Below are positions 49,761 to 62,500 of a DNA stretch of 64,000 bases, piece after piece; position 1 is the first letter of the stretch, and each line of letters starts with the position of its first letter. A program made the translations under genes and the position numbers. The notes below the pieces were generated by a model that saw nothing but the letters and a program-made list of their open reading frames with translations, did no database searches and had not been told where the DNA came from. Origin of the DNA: Podarcis filfolensis (lineage: Eukaryota); NCBI GenBank assembly GCA_964270895.1, contig OZ185440.1. One strand, given 5' to 3'.

Positions 49761-50333
49761 TGTCATGGACTGCTTGGATGTAGAGGAACCAGCTGGGAAA
49801 CCACCAAGAGCTCAGGAAGTGGTGGTGGGACAATGATGAGTGGTCAGAGGGAGAAGACTGGGAGGAGGAGGAGGTGTCAGAAGCTGAAGAGGTAACAGGG
49901 CTTCGTGAGCTGGGAGAGTCAGTGGCAGAGAGCAGTCCAGAACCAGAGACAGAAGAGGAGCTTGGAGGAGGTCAGAGAAGATGGAGACCAAGAGGTAGAG
50001 TCAAGCTGGTGAAAGAGTCGCGGGTGTCCACCCCCTCCTCCTCCCCCACATCTCCAAGAACCAGAACCGGCATGAAAAGGACAGAGGAGAGATTGGTAAC
50101 ACGCAGACACAGTCTCCGATTGCTTGGGGGAAACCCATGCAGAGGGGGGGACTTAGGCAGCTGTGGGGAGGTGGGAACCATCCATCTCACCAACTGCTTC
50201 ATGGGGGCAAGACTTCCTGGAGATGAGTTGCTGTGCTCATTAGTCCTGCCAGTCCTGTGCAGATTGCGTTCTTGCTAATAAAGAGTTAATTCCAACTTGC
50301 ACAGTGTGATTTACTGCTGGCTCGTTCCTGACG
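49761..50333 (+). mobile_element. Solo-LTR-like element (TGTCA...TGACG) carrying an acidic/basic ORF
   Basis: Near-inverted termini TGTCA/TGACG, AATAAA near 50277, open frame 49784-50278; no TSD confirmed. Confidence 0.6.
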
Positions 50334-50350
50334 CCCACATTTCCTTGCTA

Positions 50351-50713
50351 CCGCATTTTTTGCCCTATAGGACGCACTTTTTCCCTCCAAAAATGAAGGG
50401 GAAATCTGTGTGCGTCCTATGCGGCGAATACAGGCTTTCGCTGAAGCTTGGAGAGCGAGAGGGGTCGGTGCGCACTGACCCCTCTCGCTCTCCAGGCTTC
50501 AGGGAGCTATCAGCAAGCCTGGGGAGCCCGCGGGAGTTCCTGCAGGGTTCCCCGCGCTGCGGATAGCAGCCTGCCGCCCGGCGCGTGAGGCGCCCTGAAG
50601 CAGAGCACCCCTCGCGCTGGGCAGACATCCGCAGCGTGGGGAGCCCTGCAGTCCCCCCCAAAAAACTAGGTGCGTCCTATGGGACGGAACGTCCTATGGG
50701 ACGAAAAATACGG
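50351..50713. mobile_element. Tc1/mariner (Tc2/Kanga-like) MITE, CpG-rich
   Basis: TIRs ccgcattttttgccctatagg / cctatgggacgaaaaatacgg; TA on both sides. Confidence 0.85.
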
Positions 50714-51179
50714 TAATTCTTTTGCACACACTTAGCAGAGAGAAAGCCTCAGCCCTCTCTCGGTGGGGTTAAGAAAGACTCCTCTCGGATACCTAGAGAG
50801 CAACTGACAGTCAGTGTATATCAGGGGTGGTGGGAAACTTCAGGCCAGGGGTCAAATGCTTCCTTTTGGGCAGTTTCTATGGGCCACAGCCATTGCCAGT
50901 CATGCTCCATGCCCTGCTTAAGAACTTTGCTGAGTTGAGAAGTGCCCTTGAATGGTGCTGCTGCTGCTTCCTGCGGGATGGAAAGAGGGGGGAAACACCT
51001 TAAGAGTGACTGGAATGTAACCTACAGTACAAAAGGAAGAGAGTCTGTGGCTGGCCATCAGGCAACTGCTTTTTTCACCTGCCTTGCCCCACCCTCCAAC
51101 CCTGGGAGCCTTTCCCAGTCCATGACTTTAAGAACAGCAGAAGTAGCTGGGAAGAGAGCAGAGGAGTTCAGGGATTATT

Positions 51180-51595
51180 ATTTTTAATAAAAAAGTTATT
51201 TTATAAGTTGTGTGTCTTTGTTTCTCACTTTGATCCTTTTACATGGTTGTGTGTGCATTGAGGTATTTTATGCATTGTGACTTGCTGTTATTTTTATTGG
51301 TTATAGTTTAGCAGTTATTTTGTTAAGGGTGAATTTCTGTATAATTATTGTTTGCTGATATTTACCAGTAATTTTATTGTGCACTGTTACATTCTAATGG
51401 GTTCTTGAATGTTACTTTGTTCGGTGTACGGTAAGTGGTTTATCTTGAAGTTATGTTTTTTATTATGACTTGTTTTGTATTGGACCAGATTGTTGTCAGG
51501 TGTGTGGTTGTTTCTTCAGCTCGTAGACCACCTTACGTATAGTAACGTAGAAAGGCGGTATACAAATTAAAAGTGAAATGAAATGAAAGTGAAGA
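51180..51595 (+). mobile_element. Degenerate LINE (L2-like) 3' UTR and tail
   Basis: T-rich tract ending gtagaccacctt...gaaaggcggtatacaaatt and (GAAAT)n. Confidence 0.45.
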
Positions 51596-52302
51596 GTAAA
51601 CATCTTTGGCCCCATCCACCACTAATATTCAGTCCCTGGCAAGTTGCTCATGAGGGGCTGCAGTCCTTGGGTTGAAAAATGTTCCTTATCCTAGACAATA
51701 CAGACCTAGAATGACCGTTGGCCAGACCCAGTCAATAGCAGCCTCCTATTGAAATCTCTTTTTGATCTATGCCCCTTTCTGCTAACTAGATGCAGCCCAA
51801 TTAAATGTTTATTTAACATGTTGCAGGCAGCTACATACCTTGTTTTTCCTAAAATAATTGGAGGCATGGGGGATTCTTGCTTAACCAGTTCTTTACAGGG
51901 TCCTTTTACAAGGAAGGCAGTATGCAGAGCGGAGAGGCTAATCTCTTCCTTCCCCTGCTGGGATTGGAATGGAGATTTTAAGGAAAAGTCAATTGGCATT
52001 GATGGGGATTTGCCCCACAAAGCCTCCTGGCTGCATGGGGAGCCTTCTCCATTACGGAGCTGCCTGCTGCATATTAAGCGAAAGTCTAGTTTGGCTCTCA
52101 GCAGTGAGAGAAAATCAATCTGTCCCTTATCCAAAGGAAGCCTTTGTTAATATTTCATATTTTGCAGGACTGAGCCCTGGAAAGGACATTTGTTGCTAGT
52201 GACTCCTAGTGAGCCCTGGTATGAATTAAACTTTCTGGATAAGCCCTAGAAGTCATCTGATGGGCCAGGTGTGAGGGAATCTTTCGCAATAACTCTTGGG
52301 GC

Positions 52303-52977
52303 TGTTATAAGAAAAAACTGCTCCTTTTCCCTTATGGGGTATCCAAGAGCCCGTATAGAGTTCTTAAGTGGGTTCCCTATCAGTAGCAGAAAATAACAGA
52401 GGCCAACCAGAGAATATTGAGAAGCAAAGCAGCTAGTAAGCCTGATCTTTATTATACTGTTGTAACAGGGTTCTCACTCACCACACACAGGAGGAAGGAG
52501 AGAGCCCAGCACAATTGTGTGCAAGTCCTTATAAAGACTTTTGAAGTTGCTCACCCTGAAGCTCAAGACCAACCCCCAAAACATCATACATACATCAGAG
52601 AAGGAAGCGGTCTACAGTAGAAATCCTGTCTGCCAGGCTACCTGATAACGGTCACTGATTGCTTTACCTGGGCAGCCTGGCCATTTTTTGTGTGATGGTT
52701 AATAGTTTAGTTCCTGAATCCAGGTCACGGGCTCACCCTATTCATACACAAATACACCCTTAAGACAGGATTTGTAAGCAAAAGACAGTGGGGAGGCTTT
52801 CCCATTTCCTTTCTCCTTGCCGAGAAATATTTAAGGACAATTTGGGAGAGTCAAAATGACTTCAGGATTGCTCTCCTGTACTATTTCAGACACATGGTTT
52901 ATATACTTATGTATGTGTTTGCCTTGTACATTTATGAACATTTAATTTATATTTGAGACCTTAGAATTCTTATAACA
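52303..52977 (-). mobile_element. Solo LTR (ERV-like), 675 bp, 4-bp TSD GGGC
   Basis: Perfect 11-bp inverted termini TGTTATAAGAA / TTCTTATAACA; GGGC at 52299-52302 and 52978-52981; minus-strand TATA (52529-52533) about 80 nt before minus-strand AATAAA (52448-52453). Confidence 0.88.
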
Positions 52978-54808
52978 GGGCTGTAGCGAAATGAATGTTT
53001 ATTTTTCCGTAGGACAGACAGGTACACTTTCTCCTTCTTCCACAGCAAAAACTGCTCAGTTTTTACAGAGCTACAATATCCAGTGTTCCCTGGGAAAAGA
53101 GTTCCCTTAACAAACTACACTTCCCATGACTCTTTGGGGGAAGCCATGTCATTTTAAAGTGGTATGAAACTGCCTTAAATGTATAGTGCAGACGGGGCCC
53201 TATAATTGATTTCAGTGGGACACTCAAATGTACATGCTTCATTCTTCTGTAGGAACCAATGGGAATTAAAAGCACTTTGCTGTGGCTGGAGTACATTTAA
53301 TTTGCTTGCCCACTTAATGTGTTTCTTTGATCACTCTGGCTAATATACCTCCAGATCTCATTGCCTTCACACAGATTGCAAAAAAACCCCAACAAAAACA
53401 AAAATTACATCTGTTGTTTCACAACTTTTAATGTCACATCTAGTTTCTCCCTGAGCTTCTCTGGTTAAATTATAGAGACATTGTTTGATGGACTGTGGGC
53501 TAGGATGCAACCAGCACGCTTGGTTTTCCTGGCTGTGACTATGTGTGGGAGTCCTAAGTGGAAAAAAGGAGGAAGGGCCTGCTGTAGAGTGAGGTCTGCA
53601 GCATGTAAGTAGATTCGAAAAGAGAGTAATCTGTGAGGATGCTTCATTTCTGAGTAGTAGCAGATAACGAATAATAGAACAAACCCTTGGCCTAAACTCT
53701 CTCTGTGTGTTAAATTTGTGTGTGATGGTGTTTTGTGTTAAGGAGTGTGTGGTATTATGTTTTGGGTGTGTAATTTGATGGTGTGACACCATCCACTGCT
53801 GGAATGTGGCTTCCCAGCTTCACCTTAGGGTTAAAAAGGTTCCCCACCTCTGGCCTATTACAATCATGTGATTTTGTGAACACAGAGGCGGGAGCCCCAA
53901 AGAACATAGGGTCCCTACAGATTCCTTTTTATGAGGCATTCATGGTTGGTTTTTCTCTCGGCGGTTTCGGGACAGTCACACTTGATCCCATTTTGCATAC
54001 CGCTTGGACCTGCTTCATTTCCAAGCAGTGTCACTTCCTGCTGAAATCTGATAAATGTTTCGGTTTTGTTTCCCCCCTGTTTTTGTTGCGCTATAGCCCC
54101 TCCAGACAGCAAGAATGTGGCAACGTGGGAGAAGCATCATGGAGCAAAGTAAAGCAGAGAAACTCCACCACTTATGCACTATTATTGTGTCAGGAACACA
54201 TTATAGAATATGTTCCTGCAGATAAAACACCTGTCTGCAGGGACCCATAGTCTATTCTCAGATCACACTCGAGCTACTTCAATCCCACTTCAATGTTATA
54301 CTGACTTTCCAGCTGAGCTCACAATCTCACGAAGCCGAAGTGTTTGAAAGGTTGTGTTTGTTGCAGTCACACTTTGCATTTTTAGGTGTAAACCTACTCT
54401 GCAGGATCACACCAAAGGCCCACCCAATTCAGCCTTCTGCTTTTATCCAGTGTCCAGACTCCTGCCAGATGCCTCTGGAAATGCCTGAAGCAGAGCATGA
54501 AAACAAACACCCTCTCATACCGCCTCTGACGTGTAATGTGTGAAGTGACTCTGATTCACTGCTGTATCACAAGGAGGGGAGACAACGGGGTAACATTGGC
54601 AATGAAATTGCCTCAAATATGACACAGTATTTGACAACGGATTTGAAAGTTTATCATAAGAGCCACAAAAAAAGAAGTCTGAATCAATGCTTAACATTGT
54701 GTTTTATGACCATTTCTACTAAAATGTGAGTACAGCTTTGAAAACTCATTTATTTGGTACTCTATAGTTTCCAGCTCATGTTTACTGACTAACGCTCTCC
54801 CTCCTGCT

Positions 54809-54810
<2 letters not shown>

Positions 54811-54842
<32 letters not shown>
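54811..54842. repeat. (AC)n microsatellite
   Basis: Direct tandem repeat. Confidence 0.95.
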
Positions 54843-54844
<2 letters not shown>

Positions 54845-55223
54845 ATTAGAACTTTTGAGGGAAAGGAAATGTCAGTGGGTGCTTCCAGATGGGGCTTAAT
54901 TCTGTAAACTACTTGGTGAGATACTGCAAATGGTTTGTTCACAACAGGCTGCTTTTTTACCTTTTTGGATTTGGCCCAGAAAGAGTAAATCTGAGTTAAA
55001 TGGGGGAGGGGTATGGTCTGGCATTTTGATGCTGAGATCATGTGGTTACAGCCAAAAAAACAGAACACTTTGCCTGCATGAGGAATCTGGAATCACCCCC
55101 TGTAATATGTTCTGCCTACATGCTTTTGAAAAGTGTCAGGAAAACTTCAGTTTAATAATCCAGAATGCAATTGCCAGATTGTCAAAAGGACTTGGCAGAC
55201 CCCCTGTCCGCACATTATGAATA

Positions 55224-55465
55224 CAGTGGTACCTCGGGTTAAGTACTTAATTCGTTTCAGAGGTCCGTTCTTAACCTGAAACTGTTCTTAACCTGAAGCA
55301 CCACTTTAGCTAATGGGGCCTCCTGCTGCCGCCGCACCGCCGGAGCCCGATTTCTGTTCTTATCCTGAAGCAAAGTTCTTAACCTGAAGCACTATTTCTG
55401 GGTTAGCGGAGTCTGTAACCTGAAGCACATGTAACCTGAAGCACACGTAACCCGAGGTACCACTG
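55224..55465. mobile_element. Tigger/pogo-like MITE, copy 3
   Basis: Same TIRs as 18871, flanked by TA. Confidence 0.92.
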
Positions 55466-56333
55466 TATTCCAAAAGGAACAAGCACCCCAAATACATACA
55501 CGTCTCACACAATGTGGTAGACTTACATTTTTCTAGGGGGCTACATGTACAGTACAGCTGAATACAAAATCTATATGAGAATTGGCCTCTAGGCTCTATG
55601 AGGAACCTGCAGTTTGGTAGGAAGCAATAAAAGGAATAGGGGATGACATCCCTGCTCACTTTGCTTGCCACCAAAGCCCCTCTCCTCTGAAGCCCCCTCA
55701 CATTCTCCTTACCCGTTACTGCTTGCCGCAGGCCCCGCCCCTTACTCCTTTCCAAGCAATCCCTTCCCTAGGCCCCTCCCCTCTGCAGCTCAGTCACTCC
55801 ACTGTGCCCCCCTGCTCAGACCGCCCAGCCACTGCAAGTCCAGCTCTCTCATGCACCCTCTCCAACCCCATTTACATCTCCATGCATCTTCTCGCTTGAC
55901 CTGCCCCACAGCTGCATGCCCAGTTAGCTCACCTGTCCCACCTGCCTCCTTGCTCTCCCACACTGCCACACCATTCCTCTCGCTCAACTCACTCCCTTGC
56001 CACAAGACAACCCCACTCACCCACTTCAACCCCCTGCTGCAAGACCAGCTTGCTCACCCATCGCCCTGTCACTTGCCTGTCTCAGATGCCCCTCTCACCC
56101 TGGAGCATGCACAGACCATCATCAGCCTGACAACAGACTAGTACAAATATAGTATAGAGAGAAAGGAACGGCTCGGGCAGAGAGAGAAAAAAGCCTTGGT
56201 TCAACTGCTTCTAATGCCAAAATCCATTTCCAGAGATAAAACCCACATTCTGACCTCCAGGGTAAAACTAAAAGAGACCCCTTTCTGAACTACTGGAGGA
56301 CCTGTGCTGCTGTCCATAGACAATATTGAACTA

Positions 56334-56575
56334 CAGTGGTACCTCGGGTTAAGAACTTAATTCGTTCTGGAAGTCTGTTCTTAACCTGAAACTGTTCTTA
56401 ACCTGAAGCACCACTTTAGCTAATGGGGCCTCCTGCTGCTGCCGCGCCGCCACTGCATGATTTCTGTTCCCATCCTGAAGCAAAGTTCTTAACCCGAGGT
56501 ACTATTTCTGGGTTAGCGGAGTCTGTAACCTGAAGCATATGTAACCTGAAGCGTATGTAACCCGATGTACCACTG
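56334..56575. mobile_element. Tigger/pogo-like MITE, copy 4
   Basis: Same TIRs as 18871, flanked by TA. Confidence 0.92.
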
Positions 56576-59500
56576 TAGATGGAGTAAATGTCTGACGTGG
56601 TATAAGGCAGCTTCCCATGGTCCAGAGATCTGCATAGATCCTTATCTACCTTCTGCCCACCCTTAATTTATGGGATGGGAGGCACAATGCTGGAGTGAAG
56701 GGTTCTAGGGGAATCAAATACAGGGCAAATTGCTAATCTTATAGACCTCATTTGCAACACATGGCTATGGAATGTGCAGCTACTTAATTAGTAATATTTA
56801 ATCACTCCTCTCTCTCTCTCTCTAGGGGTCCTTTAGCTCTTTGCTTAATCTTATGACTTAAGAAGCATCCAGACTCAGGAACATTATAAAATATATAGAC
56901 TCCTATAAAGTAATTACTCATATAAATGCAAATTGGGGAGCATATTTAAAATGCAGCTAACTTGTTTTTAAAAGTAGGGTTTTAAAACTGTATAACCAAG
57001 TTGGAGAAATTTCCCACCAGGACCTATTTATTGTTTTTAAGCAATTGCACCCAGCAGTAAATCAATATTTCTGACAGCACGATTTAATGATGAGGCACTG
57101 TCTGAGTCATATTTCAGCATCGTGCGCATGCTTTGCTATTATTCACAGGGCTGGCTCCCTTTGATACACTGCAGTTCATAAACATGAATCAGACAGGTTT
57201 TCTCCAGAGGACTGGCTCCTTTCTGACGCCTGCCATGCTTCCTCCTTGCGTAAGTTCTTTCTAACAGTAGTGTGATCCCAGCCCTAGAGGCTTGTCATGA
57301 ATACAGATTCTTCAGCCTCAGAGAGAAAGCAAAGGAAACATTGTGAAAACTGAAGTTTGAGGACTGCAAATCATAACTGTGCTTCATCCCCAAACTCTCA
57401 AGAAATGTGGGTTAACGGCTCAAAGGTTGGCCCTAGGAAAATCAGAAGATGATAGGCCCATGGCTTCTTTCTCTGTCTCTCTCTCTCTCTTTTTAAAAAA
57501 TGTAGTCCTACTGCATTTAAGAAATGATGCAGCAATTTCCCACTACCTGTACCAATTGGTAATTTGATTCACATTGTCTGATGCTATTATATGCTTACAG
57601 CACAATTCTATACGTTTCTGCTCAGAGGTCAATCCCATTGTGTTCAATGGAGATTACTCACAGCCCCTGTACATTTTATATGAGTTTGGATGCTTTTGAA
57701 GTCATAAGCCTGTCTCTCCTGTCCATTCCCAGATTCTGCTTCTCTCACTGATGCAGCAGAATGAACAAAATTTGAAAGCAAGCTTCAATTAGGCAAAAAC
57801 AGGATGTTTGTTGCTTTCATTTCTTCCCCATAGTAGAACCACGCAGACTCCCTGATGACATTTATCTCCAATTTTCCACCATTGTCTTGTTACTAATCTT
57901 CATACATTTTCTGTGCTAAGAGCCACTGATGACAACAGCAAGTGAAATGCTATCAAGAAACTGGACAAGGTTATACCGCCTCCTTGTCTATTTTCAGATT
58001 GCACCTTCAGGCATAACCTTGAATACTTGGCTTGGGACTGTGTAGCTGTCATCTAGTCGTCATCTTCACATAGGAGTGTGTTGTGAATTTGCAGGTGAGG
58101 TTCTGAGTACGAGGAGTTGGCAGGGAAGAGAAGTGAGTGGGTTTTCAGAACAGGAGGTGGGAAATTTAAGAAACATGCATGGATATTGTTCCTAAAACTT
58201 TCCTAGCTCTAAGAAAGAAAGCAGTGCAGATGAGAAGCAGTCAGGATTCGGTGCCTCAAGAACATGGAAAAATTCTCGTCTTTCTCATTCCTGTGCAAAA
58301 CAGGAATAGAGAATTTGTGGTCCTTCTGAGGCTGTTGGACTCAAATTCCAGTCAGCCCCAGTCAGCATGCTCAATAGTCCGGGATGATGGGAGATGTAGT
58401 CTAGCAATATCCACCTGGAGTGGTCACAGGTTCTCCTGCTGTATAGGGAATCTATTTACAGCTACTTCCAGAGGATTTTATTGGGTGCCTGCCAGGGGTA
58501 CTTATTCAGTGCATCTGATGCCATTATATATACCTGCAAGCTATATTTGGATGAGAGGAACCTTGCTATAATACAAGGAAATAAACTAGAGGACCATCAT
58601 GTCACCTTCAGCTGTACATTTTTATGATCAAGCACTAGGGAGGTGAGAGAGACAACTGGAATAATCAGATCTAGCCATTAAACTTCAGTCATAGGATGAG
58701 TCAAACTCTGGGAACAGAGAGTGACAAAGGAAGCTCTATTTTTGGCATTGGAACCTCTGGGAAAGGATTAATATCCACCTGTGAGCTTTTTTCGTAGAAA
58801 AACTGCGGGACATTGCTTGTGAAACTGGCACGCATGTGTCACACCCCCTCCCCTCCATGTCTCTGTCTCAGCTGGTGTGTCAATGGTACAACATGACCCA
58901 TGTCCATCTTTACATAGATTAGTGGCAAAATAAAAACATAATCCTCCCTCATAATGCAAGGAGGGATTTAGGGGGAGGTGGGCGAGCTTTGAACACCTTC
59001 GGGTATGCAAAGGGAACCTCTTGTAGCAAAGCTCTGTTCCCTGAAGTAATCGTCTTCTTCTACCCGTGTTTTAAATGTGGCTGCAAGTTGGATATTGTGC
59101 CCCTGGCAGTGGATCCCTGTTACTGCTACATTACCACTAAAGTGTATATTTTGCATTTCCCACCCCTGTGCCTGGGGGAAAGGCCCTCAGATTTGATACT
59201 CATTTTACTAGCCCGACTCCTATAATGAGGTGCCAAGCTCTTCCTGAGTTCTTAAAATCTGAGATCCTACAGCAAATTGCACAACCTGATTTGAATTCAT
59301 CATCTTTGGGAGATAAATATTGTTTCTCCTCATATTCACGAGACAGTAGCACGTGAAACTCAAAAACATGTACATCTCAGCTTCTTTATTAACTAGATGT
59401 ACCATCCCTAGGAAGTAGCTTTTATATTTGTATGACTGAAAGTGCACTTGGCAGAAAATTGCTATTGAAAACTAAGGTGAAGGGCCATCCATAGAATTAG

Positions 59501-62500
59501 TCTGAACCAATTCACAGCTGAGGCCAGTTCTTCCGTTTTCAAGGTTTATTATGCCAACATGTCCTTTGGCTGAACTCAACCCCCTGTTACATATGAAATA
59601 ATAAGGGTTCTGCGAAGGTGAGTAATTGCAGCACAAAATGGAGGAGGGCCGAGATGCACTTCTGGGGAGCACCAAATCCCGAGGGAGAGTGACTCACACT
59701 CAAAACTGATTTTCGGCTCTGTCTCCATCATGTGCCAACAAGAGAAGATTAGAGGGGGGCCAGGCAGAATCCTGTAGCAGCCTAAAGGTTCTGCAGCAGC
59801 TCAAGAAGAGATATAATTAAAGACACGTTTGATCTATTCATTTACTTACTTAGGGCTAGTTTACATGTTATCATAGCCATGTGGTGGAGGCTGCTTGAAG
59901 CAGCGTGTGCTTATTGCTCCGAGCGATTGGTGTAATGTGCAGCCTGCTGTGTGGAGACTCTCGGCGGCTGGCAGTGCCATGGAAACTCTCCGCGCAATCA
60001 GGCAGGTCACTTTGCACGTCACAGGAGCCTTGCAGAACACCACCTGCCCATGGAGACTGCAGCCGGAGGGCAAGAGATACAGGCTGGAGTTTGTTAAGTT
60101 GTGGGTGAACATATCAGACGGCACAGCGATTCTTCAAACAGCTCTTGTTTATTCACAGGCCAGAACAGAACTGAACTGATGGGTTCAGCCAGCCTGCTTA
60201 TATAGAGCTCCACTACAACGCAACTGTAACCATTTTCTGTAACTATCCAATCACTGAATGTCACTTTCAATCCCCTATTTGCATATGTGGACCTGAGTGA
60301 AAACTATCTACAGTATCCCCAGGCTGGCCCAGGGTGAGAACTTCAGTACATAACAGAGTTCATGAAAATGTGCATTATCATGAATCTGACACAGAGTCTT
60401 GCATTTCATAGCTATTTGGCGCCAATGTTTATTCTGCCCCCTACACACATACCCATGCACACACACCCTCTATACTGTACACAGTTTTGGATTGCCTGGA
60501 GGCAACACCTTGCAAAAGAGTTTCAGCAGCCTGCCAATGTGTTTCCCTTGGAACTAATTTTTAGACAGAACTGGTGGCCTGTGGCTGCATCTCATGCAGT
60601 CCACAGAATCCCTGATGGCCCTGTCCCTTCCGTCCCAAGCGATTCCAGATAGAGGTGAGCCCTGAAGAACCTGGAAAGGTATCCCAGATAGATCTGAGCT
60701 CTCTGAATGCACGCATCCGGCATTACATAAGAGGATGGTCTAACATCCACTTCATTTTGTTCCCTTGTTGCAGAGAAGGTTAAGTGGTTTAGAACTGCCT
60801 GCATTAAAGCGCAATGTCTGTTTTAACACAGCAAACCATGAGAAACATTTCACAGGCTTCCTGCAAGAGGTATCTGGCTGCCTTAGAAGGGGAGGTAAAA
60901 GCCTGTCACTCATTGGTGGCACAGACACTGTCCAATAGGTCATGAACACACAGCAACCGAGTTACCAGTGCAAGTGCTATCTGCAGGGAGAATCACATAC
61001 AGTTTAGGCACTGAGAAACTCTGAACAGCCCAGCAACAGAACCGTTGCTTAGGGTGGAGAGTATCTCTGGCCACTGTGTTTCTGCTGGCCTCCAAAAGCC
61101 CAAAGCAATTGGTAAAAGAGTTTGCAGTCTTTTAAGCTAAGCAAAACATTCCATTGTAGGCTGCATAAGGAAATTCAACTCCCTGCCTGGATGGCTGCCG
61201 GGGGCACTAATAGTCACTAATAGTAGTTTCTGGCTATTTCATTGTAAATTCATTGGCTCCATTTGTAAGAATGACTTGGGTGTGGTTACATGCAGTCCCT
61301 GACTGGTTGTCACTGATGGTGTTCCAAGGTCCCTGTGGGGTGTGTCTGTGATCATTGCAGGTTTTTGTACTTTCCAGCTGTTTTTCTTCTCCTTTCCTGG
61401 GCTGAACATGACATGGCAGTCTTTCTGCCAGCAGAAATCTGGTCTCAGAGGAACGTGGATATACCGTAGGATTGCTCTTCCCAAGGAAGGCATCTTCTGA
61501 GAGGGAACTCTAGACTTGGATTGACTTGTTGATACAATAATGCCAATAATCTATGCGATATTTCCCATAGCATCCACTATCTGAAGATAGACTACCCAAT
61601 CTATTCAGAGGTTATCTTTTAGCCTCAGTAGATTAGCCATCAGTAACACCAAATATATATGCCTTTTTCATTGTTGGATCTAAGAGGTTTGCAAGCACGA
61701 AACTGTAAAAATTATTTTTTAAAAAATACGTTTTAAAAATTCCATTCAACTTTTCAAATGTTTTTCAAGTTTATTTATTTGAAAACTAATAACAGACAAA
61801 AGGAAAGGGAAAAAGAGCATCATATAAACAGGAGATCACAATGGCCGGTGAAGTAAGGCTACAAAAAATAGTTCCAGGATTTAATGCAGCCTTTGCATGA
61901 GATGTTTAATTGCACATGCACACAGACAAAAATTTCCAATCTATTTATTTTAACATCACAGATAAACTTATTTGTATTCAAGACATGTACAGTGTTTAGA
62001 TCCCATTGCATCAAGCAGGATTTCGTTGTCTAGGCTTGTGGGTTCGGGCTGACATCCAAGTGCTGCATGTGATTCTCTGTGTGCACACAGAGGCTTTTCA
62101 GTCTCTTCCTTTAAGCAACGGTTTCTATTTCCCAAATGCCACACCCAAGATAGCAGATTCTCTAGGGAAGTATTCTATGGGGCACTGAGGGGCTGCCACT
62201 GGAAGGAGGAAAAATGGCACTCCCAAACCCACCAACGGGATCTGTCTGGATCCTATGTATAGTCATGGTGTTGGGGAAATATCCAGTGGCTATCTGTAAC
62301 AGTGGATATCCATTTAAAGAGTTTAGGGAATGTATTTTATCTCTAAAACAAATAATCCACACTAATGTTTAAGAAGAACATGTATTCCACTTCCATTTCA
62401 CAGTCAGTATCCAATTACTGTATCTTTGTAAAAAAAGCTGCCATGAAACTTTATTGGGGATGACAAAAGTAAAATGCAGAATTTGTAGTGCTTTCATCTT

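Noticed and set aside
55665-56141. 158-aa Pro/Ser/His-rich ORF
   Set aside because: Explained by C-rich low-complexity DNA; no ATG start context, splice signals or domain.
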